Counted from the stretch's first letter, positions 23,570 through 36,030 are shown. The stretch is 64,000 bases of DNA from Malacoraja senta (GCA_038087875.1 CM075989.1:21640001-21704000), one strand, 5' to 3'. Numbers and translations: made by a program. The notes: generated by a model not told the origin, from the letters alone.

Positions 23570-24165
23570 TAGGAGCAGAATTAGGCCATTCAGCCCATCA
23601 AGTCTACAACATCCAATCATGGCTGATCCATCATTCCTTCTCAACCCCATTCTCCTGCCTTCTCCCCATAACCCCCGACACCCTTACTTTTCAAAAATCT
23701 GCCAAACTCCACCTTAAATATATCCATTGACTTGCCCTCCACAGCCAACTGCAGTGAACAATTCCACATATTCAACACTCTCTGACTAAAGAAATCCCTC
23801 CTCATCTCCTTTCTAAAGTTTAGTTTAGTTTAGTTTAGACACAGGGTGGAAACAGGCCCTTCGGCCCACCCAGTCCCCACCAACCAGCGATTCCAGCAAC
23901 GTAACACTATCCTACACACACTAGGGACAATTTACATTTATACCGAGCCAATTAACCTACAAACCTGTACGTCCTTGGAGTGTGGGAGGAAACCGAAGAT
24001 CTCGGAGAAAAACCCACACTCGTCACGGGGAGAACGTACAAACTCTGTACAGACAGCGCCCGTAGTCAGGGTTTCGGTAGAACTAGTGTACGGAGATCGC
24101 TGTTCGGTGTGGACTCAGTGGGCTGAAGGTACTGTTTCCACCCTGTATCTCTAAACTAAACCAAA
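23570..24165 (-). mobile_element. CR1 3' fragment (23570-23815) followed by an HE1-like SINE (23818-24070, minus) and a plus-strand SINE tail
   Basis: Matches to other copies in the window. Confidence 0.7.
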
Positions 24166-24470
24166 ACATCGCAAATGTGAGGACTCATTTACCTCTCTGA
24201 TGTACTGTATGCAATGGAGGTACTCTATTATTTGAGACATAAGAAACTGCAGGTGCAGTATATCGAACATCTGGGAAAGGATCCTGACCCGAAATAGCGT
24301 CTGTCTATTTGCTCTACAAATGCTGCCTGACCCGCCGAGTACCTCCAGTGCTTTGTGTTTTGCTCAATAACTGAAGATGGTCTCCAGTAGGTTTTCGGTG
24401 GCTATTCCAATGGTAGGTGGAACTGGAGATGTGTTACATTGGTATGAACAGGTGGTCCTAAAGACAGTAA

Positions 24471-24883
24471 AGGCAATTTTTCCCACGTAGGCAATTGTTT
24501 AGGCGCCTACAGGCGACTAGGTTGTCGCCACATGGTTGCCGGGGTGTCGCCTGTATGGTCGTGAGTCATCTCCTCAGTCGCCCATAGAGTCGTAGGGTTT
24601 TTCTGATCGCTGCTGGATTTTGAAATGTTCAAAACCTTTCGGCAACAGTCGGCGGCAGTGGGCTTGACACCAATGGGCGTAGCTTGACTTCTCCTGACGT
24701 AGGTGCTGTCGTAGGTTGTCGGTAGCTTGCCGTAGCTTGACGTCGACTAGGTGCTAGGTTGCCGTAGCTTGTCGTAGACTGTCGTAGGGGGGGGGGGTCC
24801 AGTCGCTGTTTTTTCGATGACCTGCTACAACTCTGACAGTCACCGGCAGTCACCAAAAAAATCGCCTAAGTGGGACAGGCCCT
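24471..24883. mobile_element. Harbinger-like MITE, family C (left TIR degraded)
   Basis: Right end ATCGCCTAAGTGGGACAGGCCCT; body homologous to the MITE spanning 26767-31123. Confidence 0.75.
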
Positions 24884-25039
24884 TGAGTTGTCACTGTTGA
24901 AGTTTAACTCAGATCCAAACACATCACAGGCACACTCCTCTGACCCAGTCATCCGCGAGTTTTACATCAGAGCACTTCAACTAGAAATCATTGTGATTTG
25001 TCTGAGATATTTTGAAGTAAGGTAGCTGCTACCAGTCAC

Positions 25040-25370
25040 AGAGTCATAGAGCATGGAAACAGGCCCTTCGGCCCAACCTGCACACACCAACCACCATGTC
25101 CTATCTACTAGATTCTTGATTCCGCGACTCTGGGCAGGAGACTCTGTGCATTTACCTGATCTATTCCTCGCATGATGTTGTAAGATCACCCCTCTATAAG
25201 ATCACCCCTCATCCTCCTGCGCTCCAAGGAGCCATAGCCTTCTTAGTGAAGTGCTCTGATGTTGTAAAACACGTTGGCCAAAACTGTACACACTGCTCTG
25301 AATGTGGCCTCACCAACGTGTTATACAACTGCAACATGACCTGCCAATTTCTATACTGATGAAGGCCAAT
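25040..25370 (-). mobile_element. CR1 fragment with SINE-like (type III) tail
   Basis: VMLQLYNTLVRPHSEQCVQFW; tail GGGCCGAAGGGCCTGTTTCCATGCTCTATGACTC. Confidence 0.7.
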
Positions 25371-25974
25371 GTGCCAAAATTGTCGTGGCAAATACGATCA
25401 AACAGTAATAGAGCTGGAATATTGATATTTGTAGGGGCTGGTGATAATAAAGGATGGATATTGAACAGAGATAATGTGTACGATTAGTGTCATTATGCCA
25501 TCGTTGCCAAAGACCTTACTGTGACATAATTACAATCCATGCAAATTGCAACTTTATGATACAAATAAGATTGTTATAATTTGTGATTACACAAACAAGA
25601 TCGGCCTTATTTTTATGGCAATGATGCTCTTTACATATATAAGGAATTACAATCGCATGCCTGGGGACATAATCTTTGGTTTGCATGCTCCATTAAAACT
25701 TCCATTATTTATTTTGTTTGCTATCATTCACAAATGTATTAGAAGTGCATTTTAATTTCATATAAAGACAAACCTCTGTGACCAAACCTGTTAGAAATAT
25801 CGCAGTCTGATTTCATTACATAAAACGCAATGCCTTCAAGATTCAGGTTGGGACATGTGTATTAATATTAGTTTGCATGATTGTAATCGTGGACTCAATA
25901 TGTTTATAGTTTACTTGCAATCTGATTGAGAATTGGAAAGATTATAATAATGTGAGTAATATAATTATTCCTCA

Positions 25975-26457
25975 ATGAGAGGAATAGATCGGGTAGATGC
26001 ACAGAGTCTCTTGCCCAGAATAGTGGAATCGAGAACCAGAGGGTATAGGTTTAAGATGAGGGGGGAAAGATTTAATAGGAACCTGAGGGGTACCTTTATT
26101 ATATGGAACGAGCTGCCAGAGGAGGTAGTTGATGCAGGTACTATCACAACTTTTAAGGAGCATTTAGACAGGTACAGGTCTAAATGTCTAAACAGTACAG
26201 GTGTCAGGGGTTATGGGGAGAAGGCAGGACAATGGGGTTAGAAGGGAGAGATATATCAGCCATAATTGAATGGCGGAGTAGCCCTTGATAGGCTGAATGG
26301 CCTAATTCTGCTCCTATCACATGACCTTATGACCCACATGGATAGGATAGGTTTGGAGGGATTATGTAGCCAGGCGCAGGCAGGTGGGGCGAGTGTAGAC
26401 GGGACATGTTTGTTGGTTTGGGCAAGTTGGGCTGATGGGCCTGTTTCCACGCTGTGA
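25975..26457 (+). mobile_element. CR1 type III 3' end with a nested type II tail
   Basis: MRGIDRVDAQSLLPR..WNELPEEVV; both tail types present. Confidence 0.7.
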
Positions 26458-27100
26458 AAACAAAGGGAAAAAAAAGAAATGTGGAGACAAGGTGGCTCGT
26501 CCATTGGTGCCGAATCTTTGAATACTGTTGTGGGTGTAAATTGGACCCGTTCTCTTCTAAGGTCATGGTATTTAATTAAACAACAGTCCAGTAGATACGC
26601 GAAGACATGGCAACAGCAATGAATCATAAATAGTTTACGGTGTGTAGGAAGGAACTGCAGAGGCTGGTTTAAACTGAAGATAGACACAAAAACCTGGAGT
26701 AACTCAGCGGGTCACGCAGCATCTCTGGAGAGAAGGAATAAGTGACGTTTCGAGTTGGGACCCTAAAGCCCTTATCCCACTTAGGCGATTTTTTTCGGCG
26801 ATGAGGCTGTCGCCACATGGTCGCGGGATGATGCCTGTATGGTCGTGAGTAGTCTCCTCAAGCCGCCTAAAGAGTCGTAATGTTTTTCTGGTCACCGTTG
26901 GATTTTGAAATGTTCAAAACTTTTCGGCGACTGTGGGCTTGTCGCAGCTTGTCTTTCCTGTCGTAGGTGCCATCGCCGGTTGTCGCCAGGATGAGGCAGG
27001 TCGTCGCCAGGTGACGTTGGTTGTCACCGGGTGATGACTTCAGTGAATTCCATTGGCGACTACCTACGTCAACCGCCGACAGGTACCGGCGACTGAATCG

Positions 27101-27707
27101 ACTGAATGGGACAGAAGACGTGTTTACACTGAGTGGCGGACTGGCTTGCGATGCGAATAGGGCTGTTGAGCCAAAACCAAAAAGGCCTAAGGCAGGCAAC
27201 GCCATTGTAGTGGGAGACTCGATTGTGAGAGGTACGGACAGGGGTTTCTGTGGCAACAGACGGGATGCGAGGATGGTGTGCTGCCTTCCTGGTGCCAGGA
27301 TCCAGGATGTCACGGACAGAGTGCAGAAAATCCTCGAGGGCGAAGGTGAACATCCGGAAGTGGTAGTGCATGTCGGCACAAACGATGTCGGAAAGAAGGG
27401 GATGAATATTCTGCAGCGTGACTTTAGAGAGCTCGGAAAAATGCTGAAAAGCAGGACCTCCAGGGTTGTTATCTCCGGTTTGCTTCCAGTTCCTCGTGCT
27501 GGCGAGAGCAGGAACAGGGAGATACGGGACCTGAACGTGTGGCTCAGGAACTGGTGCACGGGGCAGGGATTTAGATTCTTAGATCACTGGGATCTGTTTT
27601 GGGGTAAGGGGGAACTGTACAAAAGGGACGGATTGCATCTTAACAGGTGTGGGACCAGCATTCTGGCAGGCAGGTTTGCCACTGCTACACGGGTGGTTTT
27701 AAACTGA
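27101..27707 (+). CDS. CR1 ORF1 C-terminal SGNH/GDSL esterase domain (5' partial)
   Basis: Blocks VVGDSIVR, CLPGA, HVGTND and DGLHL; esterase ORF1 is established for CR1/L2 LINEs. Confidence 0.85.
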
Positions 27708-27802
27708 ATAAGGGGGGTGGGGTGTCGAATGGGATAGTGGAGGATGGAGTTAAAGGGAAAGGGTTTCTTAAATGTGTGAGCGTAGAGACAGAGGAGTGTA
27801 AA

Positions 27803-30738
27803 ATGAGGGTAGAAGCAATAGGTAGCAAGGTGAAAAGTAAAAGTGGAAGACAGACAAAACCAGGGCAAAAATCAAAAAGGGCCACTTTTCAACATAATTG
27901 TATAAGGGGTAAGAGTGTTGTAAAAACAACCCTGAAGGCTTTGTGTCTCAATGCAAGGAGCATTCGTAATAAGGTGGATGAGTTGAATGTGCAGATAGCT
28001 ATTAATGACTATGATATAGTTGGGATCACGGAGACATGGCTCCAGGGTGACCAAGGCTGGGAGCTGAACATCCAGGGATATTCAATATTCAGGAGGGATA
28101 GAGAGAAAGGAAAAGGAGGTGGGGTAGCATTGATGATTAGAGAGGAGATTAACGCAATGGAAAGGAAGGACATTAGGTTCGAGGATGTGGAATCGGTATG
28201 GGTAGAGCTGCGAAACACTAAGGGGCAGAAAACGCTGGTGGGTGTTGTGTACAGGCCACCTAACAGTAGTAGTGAAGTTGGAGATGGTATCAAACAGGAA
28301 ATTAGAAATGCGTGCGACAAAGGCAAAACAGTTATAATGGGTGACTTCAATCTACATATAGATTGGGTGAATCAAATTGGCAGGGGTGCTGAGGAAGAGG
28401 ATTTCTTGGAATGTATGCGGGATAGTTATCTAAATCAACATGTAGAGGAACCAACGAGAGAGCAGGCTATTTTAGACTGGGTATTGAGTAATGAGGAAGG
28501 GTTAGTTAGCAGTCTTGTTGTACGTGCCCCTTGGGCAAGAGTGACCATAATATGGTTGAGTTCTTCATTAGGATGGAGAGTGACATTGTTAATTCAGAAA
28601 CAATGGTTCTGAACTTAAAGAAAAGTAACTTTGAGGGTATGAGACATGAATTGGCCATGATGACTGGCAATTAATTCTAAAAGGGTTGACGGTGGACATG
28701 CAATGGAAGACATTTAAAGACTGCATGGATGAACTACAAAAATTGTTCATCCCAGTTTGGCAAAAGAATAAATCAGGGAAGGTAGTGCATCCGTGGATAA
28801 CAAGGGAAATCAGGGATGGTATCAAAGCAAAAGATGATGCGTACAAATTAGCCAGAAAAAGCAGCATACCAGAGGACTGGGAGAAATTCAGAGACCAGCA
28901 GAGGAGGACAAAGGGCTTAATTAGGAAAGGAAAAATAGATTATGAAAGAAAACTGGCAGGGAACATAAAAACTGACTGCAAAAGTTTTTATAAATATGTA
29001 AAAAGAAAGAGATTAGTTAAAACAAATGTAGGTCCCTTGCAGTCAGAAACAGGTGAGTTGATCATGGGGAACAAGGATATGGCGGACCAATTGAATAACT
29101 ACTTTGGTTCCGTCTTCACTAAGGAAGACATAAATAATCTGCCGGAAATAGCAGGGGACCGCGGGTCAAAGGAGTTGGAGGAATTGAGTGAAATCCAGGT
29201 TAGTCGGGAAGTGGTTTTGGGTAAATTGAATGGATTAAAGGCCGATAAATCCCCAGGGCCAGATAGGCTGCATCCCAGAGTACTCAAAGGAAGTAGCTCC
29301 AGAAATAGTGGATGCATTAGTAATAATCTTTCAAAATTCTTTAGATTCTGGAGTAGTTCCTGAGGATTGGCGGGTAGCAAACGTAACCCCACTTTTTAAG
29401 AAGGGAGGGAGAGAGAAAATGGGGAATTACAGACCAGTTAGTCTAACATCGGTAGTGGGGAAACTGCTAGAGTCAGTTATTAAAGATGGGATAGCAGCAC
29501 ATTTGGAAAGTGGTGAAATCATTGGACAAAGTCAGCATGGATTTACGAAAGTAAATCATGTCTGACGAATCTTATAGAATTTTTCGAGGATGTAACTAGT
29601 AGCGTGGATAGGGGAGAACCAGTGGATGTGGTGTATCTGGACTTCCAGAAGGCTTTCGACAAGGTCCCACATAAGAGATTAGTTATACAAACTTAAAGCA
29701 CATGGCATTGGGGGTTCAGTATTGATGTGGATAGAGAACTGGCTGGCAAACAGGAAGCAAAGAGTAGGAGTAAACGGGTCCTTTTCACAATGGCAGGCAG
29801 TGACTAGTGGGGTACCGCAAGGCTCAGTGCTGGGACCCCAGCCTATTTACAATATATATTAATGACCTGGATGAGGGAATTGAAGGCAATATCTCCAAGT
29901 TTGCGGATGACACTAAGCTGGGGGGCAGTGTTAGCTGTGAGGAGGATGCTAGGAGACTGCAAGGTGACTTGGATAGGCTGGGTGAGTGGGCAAATGTTTG
30001 GCAGATGCAGTATAATGTGGATACATGTGAGGTTATCCATTTTGGTGGCAAAAACAGGAAAGCAGACTATTTTCTAAATGGTGGCCGACTAGGAAAAGGG
30101 GAGATGCAGCGAGACCTGGGTGTCATGGTACACCAGTCATTGAAAGTAGGCATGCAGGTGCAGCAGGCAGTGAAGAAAGCGAATGGTATGTTAGCTTTCA
30201 TAGCAAAAGGATTTGAGTATAGGAGCAGGGAGGTTCTACTGCAGTTGTACAGGGTCTTGGTGAGACCACACCTGGAGTATTGCGTACAGTTTTGGTCTCC
30301 AAATCTGAGGAAGGACATTATTGCCATAGAGGGAGTGCAGAGAAGGTTCACCAGACTGATTCCTGGGATGTCAGGACTGTCTTATGAAGAAAGACTGGAT
30401 AGACTTGGTTTATACTCTCTAGAATTTAGGAGATTGAGAGGGGATCTTATAGAAACTTACAAAATTCTTAAGGGGTTGGACAGGCTAGATGCAGGAAGAT
30501 TGCTCCCGATGTTGGGGAAGTCCAGGACAAGGGGTCACAGCTTAAGGATAAGGGGGAAATCCTTTAAAACCGAGATGAGAAGAACTTTTTTCACACAGAG
30601 AGTGGTGAATCTCTGGAACTCTCTGCCACAGAGGGTAGTCGAGGCCAGTTCATTGGCTATATTAAGAGGGAGCTAGATGTGGCCCTTGTGGCTAAAGGGA
30701 TCAGAGGGTATGGAGAGAAGGCAGGTACGGGATACTGA
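27803..30738 (+). pseudogene. CR1 ORF2 (APE endonuclease plus reverse transcriptase) with seven single-base frameshifts
   Basis: LNARSI, ITETWL, GGGVAL, YRPP, GDFN, SDH; KSPGPD, NYRPVSLTS, LDFQKAFDKV, GVPQGSVLGP, FADDTKL; ends GYGEKAGTGY stop. Confidence 0.9.
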
Positions 30739-32926
30739 GTTGGATGATCAGCCATGATCATATTGAATGGCGGTGCAGGCTCGAAGGGCCGAATGGCCTA
30801 CTCCTGCACCTAATTTCTATGTTCTATGTTTCTATGTCTTCAGTTGTCTTCAGTTGTCGCCGACAGGGTCGTTGCTTGTCGTAGCTTGTCGCGGGTGGAC
30901 GTAGGTTAACTTTGGTTGTCGTAGGTTGTCACCTGTGTGGTCGTAGGTGGACGTCCTAATGGGTCGCCGGTTGTCGGTAGCTTGACGTCGACTAGGTGGT
31001 AGCTTGTTGTAGACATTGTCATGGAGGGGGGGGGGGGGTCAAGTCGCTGCTTTTACAGTGACCTGCTACGACTGTGACTGTCGCCAGCAGTCGCCAAAAA
31101 AATCGCCTAACTGGACAGGCCCTTAAGGGTCAGAAAAGGTTCTGAAGAAGGGTCTCGACCCAAAACATCACCTATGCCTTTTCTCCAGAGATGCTGCCTG
31201 ACCTGCTGAGATACTCCAGCTTTTTGTGCCTATTTTATGGTAAAAAGTTTCTTTAATAAAATTAATTACATTTATCCTGCTCAAATTTTTTTTTTATGAT
31301 TTGAAATCTGTAAAATGTCTTTATATATTGTATATGCATCAATAACAGTTGACTTCCAATTTTCCTGTTAACTTCAAGGGTCCTGTTTCAGTAACACAGA
31401 TTCTAGGCATGAATGTCCCATGTGCCTGTGTGTGACAAGATGTATCTTGGTCTCTGTCGGCCTTTAGTATGCAGGCAGTAAGGGCAAGGAGATAATAGGA
31501 GAAGTGTCTATCTTTCAGAGCCAGGCAATGCCGAATAAGTTATCAAGAAACATACAAGTCTAAATAGACCCTTTTGCCATCAGTAAGATGTTATCTATCT
31601 CGATGAGTGAATTCCTCCCCAATGTCAATCCGTGAAAGTGGTGAAGAAAATCTCTAATAAAATCAACCAGACATTCCACTGGGCTCTGGACAGCCCATTC
31701 TCCTTTTTATTTCTCTCTCTGTCTTGCCATCTCACTTGATGTAAGCCCATTGAGATGTGTTAATTGTTAAGCTCCTACTTAAAACTTTGCATCAGTTCCC
31801 CTTTGTGCGTGGCACTTCTCTTCATTGAAGCATGCAAATTCGTCAACTTACACCAGAATATTAAAAAGGGCAATATCACTTGTCATTGTGAAGCCAGAAA
31901 ATGCACGGGTACTAGTATCACGCTGAGAGAGTCCCCTATTCTCTGCTTCTACAGTCCCCACACAAATCTAATTATACTTTCCCTTAGAATTCAGGATGAT
32001 TATAGTTTTAGTCCTTAAATGTCCCCATGGTTTGTGTTTAATTTGTGGACGCATTTTTTTTTTTTAAATAGTTCGCTATGTGCACTGGCTATTATTTTCG
32101 AACTCCCTGGGCCCCATTCGGGTCTGCTCCTGGGGTCTTGGTGTCAAATGTCAGACCTTGTACTAAGCTGTCAAAGAGGAGAATAGGCTTAGATGATGGA
32201 TGACTAGCGAGGCTGTAACACAAACCTCTGTGCAACTGCTACCTACCAGAACAGGCTACTCGGAGTCACTCCTCAAGGTCATGCACATACCATTCCACCC
32301 ACTGACTCCTGCGTGGCGATAAGACTCCGACATTCATCCATTCACCGCTGCTCCCTTCTTGCATCTGAAATAGGGGAAATTCTGCCAAATTTTCAGCCAC
32401 TTAATCCTGGCGGAAAAAAAAACGCGTCTCCTTTTTCCCCTTTTTGCCGCGCTTGTCATTTTGGAGAATTAACACGTTGGAAGCAAGGAGCTGAAACTTT
32501 TCGCAAGTCAGCTGACAAGATTATTAATGGAGTGAACAATATCATATCTAATTTCATGCATATTCATGCCGTGGCCTTGCAGATGAGTGAGTTACAGCGA
32601 ATGTTTCATTCTGTGCAGTAAAAATTGAATTACATATATGTATATAGTATATTAATATTAATTGAATTTATGTCATTGGTAGATTCAATTGACCATTTAG
32701 ATTATCGCATTGAGCTGCCTAGTCTTAAATCTCGCCCGTGGCTGCGACTTATCATTGTATTCTACATTACAATTCACGAGTTCAGTCCGTAATTCTATTA
32801 CTGATAACATTTAACATTGTAATCAACTTATAAATAGCGGGGCTTATAAATAGGGTGTAACTGGAACCCCAATGCTGGTGACAACTGACTTGATATTAAC
32901 TATTATGAAATCTGCAATCAACATTG

Positions 32927-33126
32927 NNNNNNNNNNNNNNNNNNNNNNNNNNNNNNNNNNNNNNNNNNNNNNNNNNNNNNNNNNNNNNNNNNNNNNNNNN
33001 NNNNNNNNNNNNNNNNNNNNNNNNNNNNNNNNNNNNNNNNNNNNNNNNNNNNNNNNNNNNNNNNNNNNNNNNNNNNNNNNNNNNNNNNNNNNNNNNNNNN
33101 NNNNNNNNNNNNNNNNNNNNNNNNNN
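32927..33126. other. Assembly gap (200 N)
   Basis: Run of N. Confidence 1.
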
Positions 33127-34128
33127 ATTGCGTGGAATTGTGGAGGCAACCCAGACCATCTCACGATCCAACCTCCTTTCCATTGGCTCCATTTACACCT
33201 CATGCTGCCTCGTCAAGGCCAGCAGCATAATCAAGGACGAGTCGCACCCAGACCACTCCGCTCACCCCAAGAGCGGAACTCGCTATCAAAACATGGAGGG
33301 GACGGGGACACCATTTTTTGGCGGCCACGCGCGCATGCGCACAATCACACACGCGCGGTAATGCAGCTCAACTGCCTGTCTCACCGGGTTAACCTACAGG
33401 CCCTGCCTGGACTGATGGGACACCAGCACTGCTTCTCCGTGCTGGCCATATTTCCCGCAAGCCCAGGCAGGACAGGCAGAGTTGAGCTGGGTTTAGCGCT
33501 ATTTCTCTACGCTGGCTGTGGGCCTGGGTGCACCGCTCCCGTCTGACTCCCGACCTCTCTGGCCACCCGTGGGGGGGGCACTCGGGACAGTGCCGGAGAG
33601 CCGGCCACGTCTCCCTCCTCCAATCACCGCGCTCTATCCTCAGTCCCACCCCCTCCCCCCACTCCTCACTCCTCCAATCATCGCGCCCTCGATCATCAGT
33701 CCCACCCCCACTGTCTCGCAGAAAGCGGAGATTTTAAAATACGGATCACAAAAACTTGGGGGGATGTCCCCCACCTCTCAAAACATGGGGGGACGTGTCC
33801 CCTCTGCCCCCCCCCCCCCCCGGGTTTTCCGCCCCTGCCCATCGGGCAAAAGGCATAGAAGTGTGAAAACGCACACCTCCAGATTCAGGGACAGTTTCTT
33901 CCCAGCTGTTATCAGGCAACTGAACCATCCTACCAACAACTAGAGAGCAGTCCTGAACTACTATCTACCTCTTTGGAGACCCTTGAATGATTTTTGATCG
34001 GACATTACGGGCTTTATGTTGCACTAAACGTTATTCACGTGAGTCCCTTCGTCGTGTATCGGTACACGATGGATGGCTCGTCTGTAATCAGGTATTTTCT
34101 TTCCGCTGACTGGTTAGCACGCAATAAA
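33127..34128 (+). mobile_element. Rex1-like LINE 3' fragment interrupted at 33268-33837
   Basis: IVEATQTI..CLVKASSIIKDESHPDHS | PSGKRHRSVKTHTSRFRDSFFPAVIRQLN. Confidence 0.8.
33268..33837. mobile_element. GC-rich MITE-like insertion with hAT-like ends
   Basis: Ends CAAGAGCGGAA / TTCCGCCCCTG form an imperfect TIR; repeated AAAACATGGGGGGAC motif; no clean TSD. Confidence 0.5.
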
Positions 34129-34460
34129 AGATAGACACAAAATGCTGGAGTAACTCAGCGGGACAGGCAGCGTCTCTGGAGAGAAGGAATAGGTGACGTT
34201 TCGGATCGAGACCCTTCTTCAGACTGGTTAGGGATAAGGGAAACGAGAGATCTAGACGGTGATGTAGAGAGATAAAGAACAATGTACAAAAGATGTGCAA
34301 AAAAGTAACAATGATAGAGGAAACAGGCCATTGTTAGCTGTTTGTTGGGTGAAAATGAGAAGCTGGTGCGACTTGGGTGGTGGAGGGATAGAGAGAAAGG
34401 GAATGTTGGGGCTACCTTAAGTGAGGGAAATCAATATTCATACCACTGGGCTGTAAGCTT
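34129..34460 (-). mobile_element. Penelope-like element 3' end (ORF C-terminus plus terminal repeat)
   Basis: SLQPSGMNIDFPHLR stop on the minus strand, followed by the repeat containing CTGAAGA..GAAAC. Confidence 0.75.
34195..34222 (-). ncRNA. Minimal type I hammerhead-like motif in the Penelope terminal repeat
   Basis: CTGAAGA A GGGTC-TC-GATCC GAAAC GTC; helix I is weak (about 2 bp). Confidence 0.55.
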
Positions 34461-35173
34461 TTCACTTTAGCTCAGTGACAATACACTGTACAGGTGACAA
34501 TAAACACACAAAAAAACCTCAGTTAACTAATTTCTGAAGTATGCCCCAGCAATGGAAGCACTTGAGCAAGATTTCATTACACTTGCTTTTCCAAAGTTCA
34601 AAGCAAAATGCTTTCAGAAGTGAAGCAGCAATGTACAGAAAATGTGCAGGCTTCTGATCACACAAGTGGTAATGTGGAATAGAATAACAAGTGCAGGAAC
34701 TGTTAAAACAAACTTGAGAATTCTTTGTTGCACTTGTTCAGTTCAGTTCTGTTCATTGTCACATGTACCTTGACAGGTACTTTGATAAACTTAATTTATT
34801 GTATGTAGAAGTTTTAAGTTTCCCTTTTAAAGATGGAGGTTTTAAATAGAGAAAATGATTGATTTTAGCATTTTGAACTTTCAAAAATATTTCAACATTG
34901 TGCTTTTGAAAACCAACTTTTCCCAGATTGAAGCGATTTCTGGGTTGATTCTTGTTCCTCTGTAACTTAAAACACTCATTTTAAGGCACAGGAGTTATTT
35001 GAACACCTGATACTGTTATGGCAGGTGTTCGGATGGCTGAAGGGCCTGTTTCCCTGCTGTATCTCTAAAATCTAAAGTCTACTATGGTGAGTTTCTGAAG
35101 GCAACTTTTTTTTTCTCTTTCCCCCCACCATGCCAGCTTCTCCCCCACGGCCAACTCCTAGGGTATCCATGTT

Positions 35174-35435
35174 CCTGCCCCTTTTCCGGGGTTACGTCCG
35201 TGCCTGCGTGCCCCTGGAGAGGGAAAACGCGGTGTCCACGGGGACTCTGGAGGCCTTCCGTGAACGCTGGTCACCGCGGGAGGTCGAATGTATTGTTGAT
35301 AAAATTGTTAATATTTTAATATGATAACTTTGTTTGTAAAATGCCAACATAGGCATTCTTTGATCGTGTTACTACTTTGTATTCTTGTTTGTTCTGAATA
35401 AAAGCATTATGTATGGAAAAAAAAGAAAAAAGAAA
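35174..35435 (+). mobile_element. Tx1/L1-like LINE extreme 3' end with A-rich tail
   Basis: LFRGYVRA..LEAFRERWS..NILI stop, AATAAA, A-rich tail; 14-bp TSD AGGGTATCCATGTT / AGGGTGTCCATGTT. Confidence 0.75.
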
Positions 35436-35609
35436 AGGGTGTCCATGTTTTCCAGAGATGCTGCTTGACCCTCTGGGTTACCGGTTGGATCTCTTAGGCA
35501 GCATTTGATCCTCCCATTTATTTTTGGTCTTGATAGGTAGCACAATGCACTCCACCACCATCTCCATTCATGGCACCCTATGCACCAGCCCCAATCATAA
35601 ATACATTAG

Positions 35610-36030
35610 TTCATAAGTGATATGAGCAGAATTAGGCCATTCGGCCCATCATGCCTATGAGGTCATAGCCTTAGCATTAAAGGCCCTTCCTTGAGGAAGG
35701 AGATGAGGAGAAATTTCTTTAACAAAAGGGTAGTGAATCTGTGGAATTCATTGCCACAGAAGGGTGTGGAGTCCAGGTCAGTGGATATTTGTAAGGCAGA
35801 GATAGATAGATTCTTGATTGGTACGAGTGTCAGGCATTATGGGGAGAAGGCAGGAGAATGGGGTTTGGAGGGAAAGAAAGATCAGCCAGATTGAATGGCG
35901 GAGTAGACTTGATGGGCATCCTCACACTTATGAACTTATAAGTCTACTCCACCATTCAATCATGGCTGATCTATTTCTCCCTCCGAACACCATTTTCATG
36001 CCTTTTCCCCATAAACCCCTGACACCCGTA
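35610..36030. mobile_element. CR1 type II 3' fragments in both orientations
   Basis: RKEMRRNFF..WNSLPQK..YGEKAGEWG plus reverse-strand tail pieces. Confidence 0.7.

Larger units (their letters stand above)
27100..30836 (+). mobile_element. Near-complete CR1-clade LINE, 5'-truncated within ORF1
   Basis: ORF1 esterase, ORF2 APE plus RT, 3'UTR and (CTATGTTT)n tail. Confidence 0.95.
26767..31123. mobile_element. Harbinger-like MITE family C carrying a nested CR1 LINE
   Basis: TIR AGCCCTTATCCCACTTAGGCGATTTTTT / AAAAAATCGCCTAACTGGACAGGCCCT; TSD TAA at 26764-26766 and 31124-31126. Confidence 0.85.
26640..31235. mobile_element. Penelope-like inverted terminal-repeat pair (26640-26763 and 31127-31235) split by MITE C and a CR1 LINE
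   Basis: Left arm ..GTGACGTTTCGAGTTGGGACCC, right arm ..CTGAAGAAGGGTCTCGACCC..GAGATGCTGCCTGACC; the arms are mutually reverse-complementary. Confidence 0.7.

Noticed and set aside
27021..27707. Stand-alone GDSL lipase gene
   Set aside because: It is the CR1 ORF1 esterase directly upstream of ORF2; the called start lies in MITE sequence
32844..33546. ORFs spanning the N run
   Set aside because: Artefacts of the assembly gap
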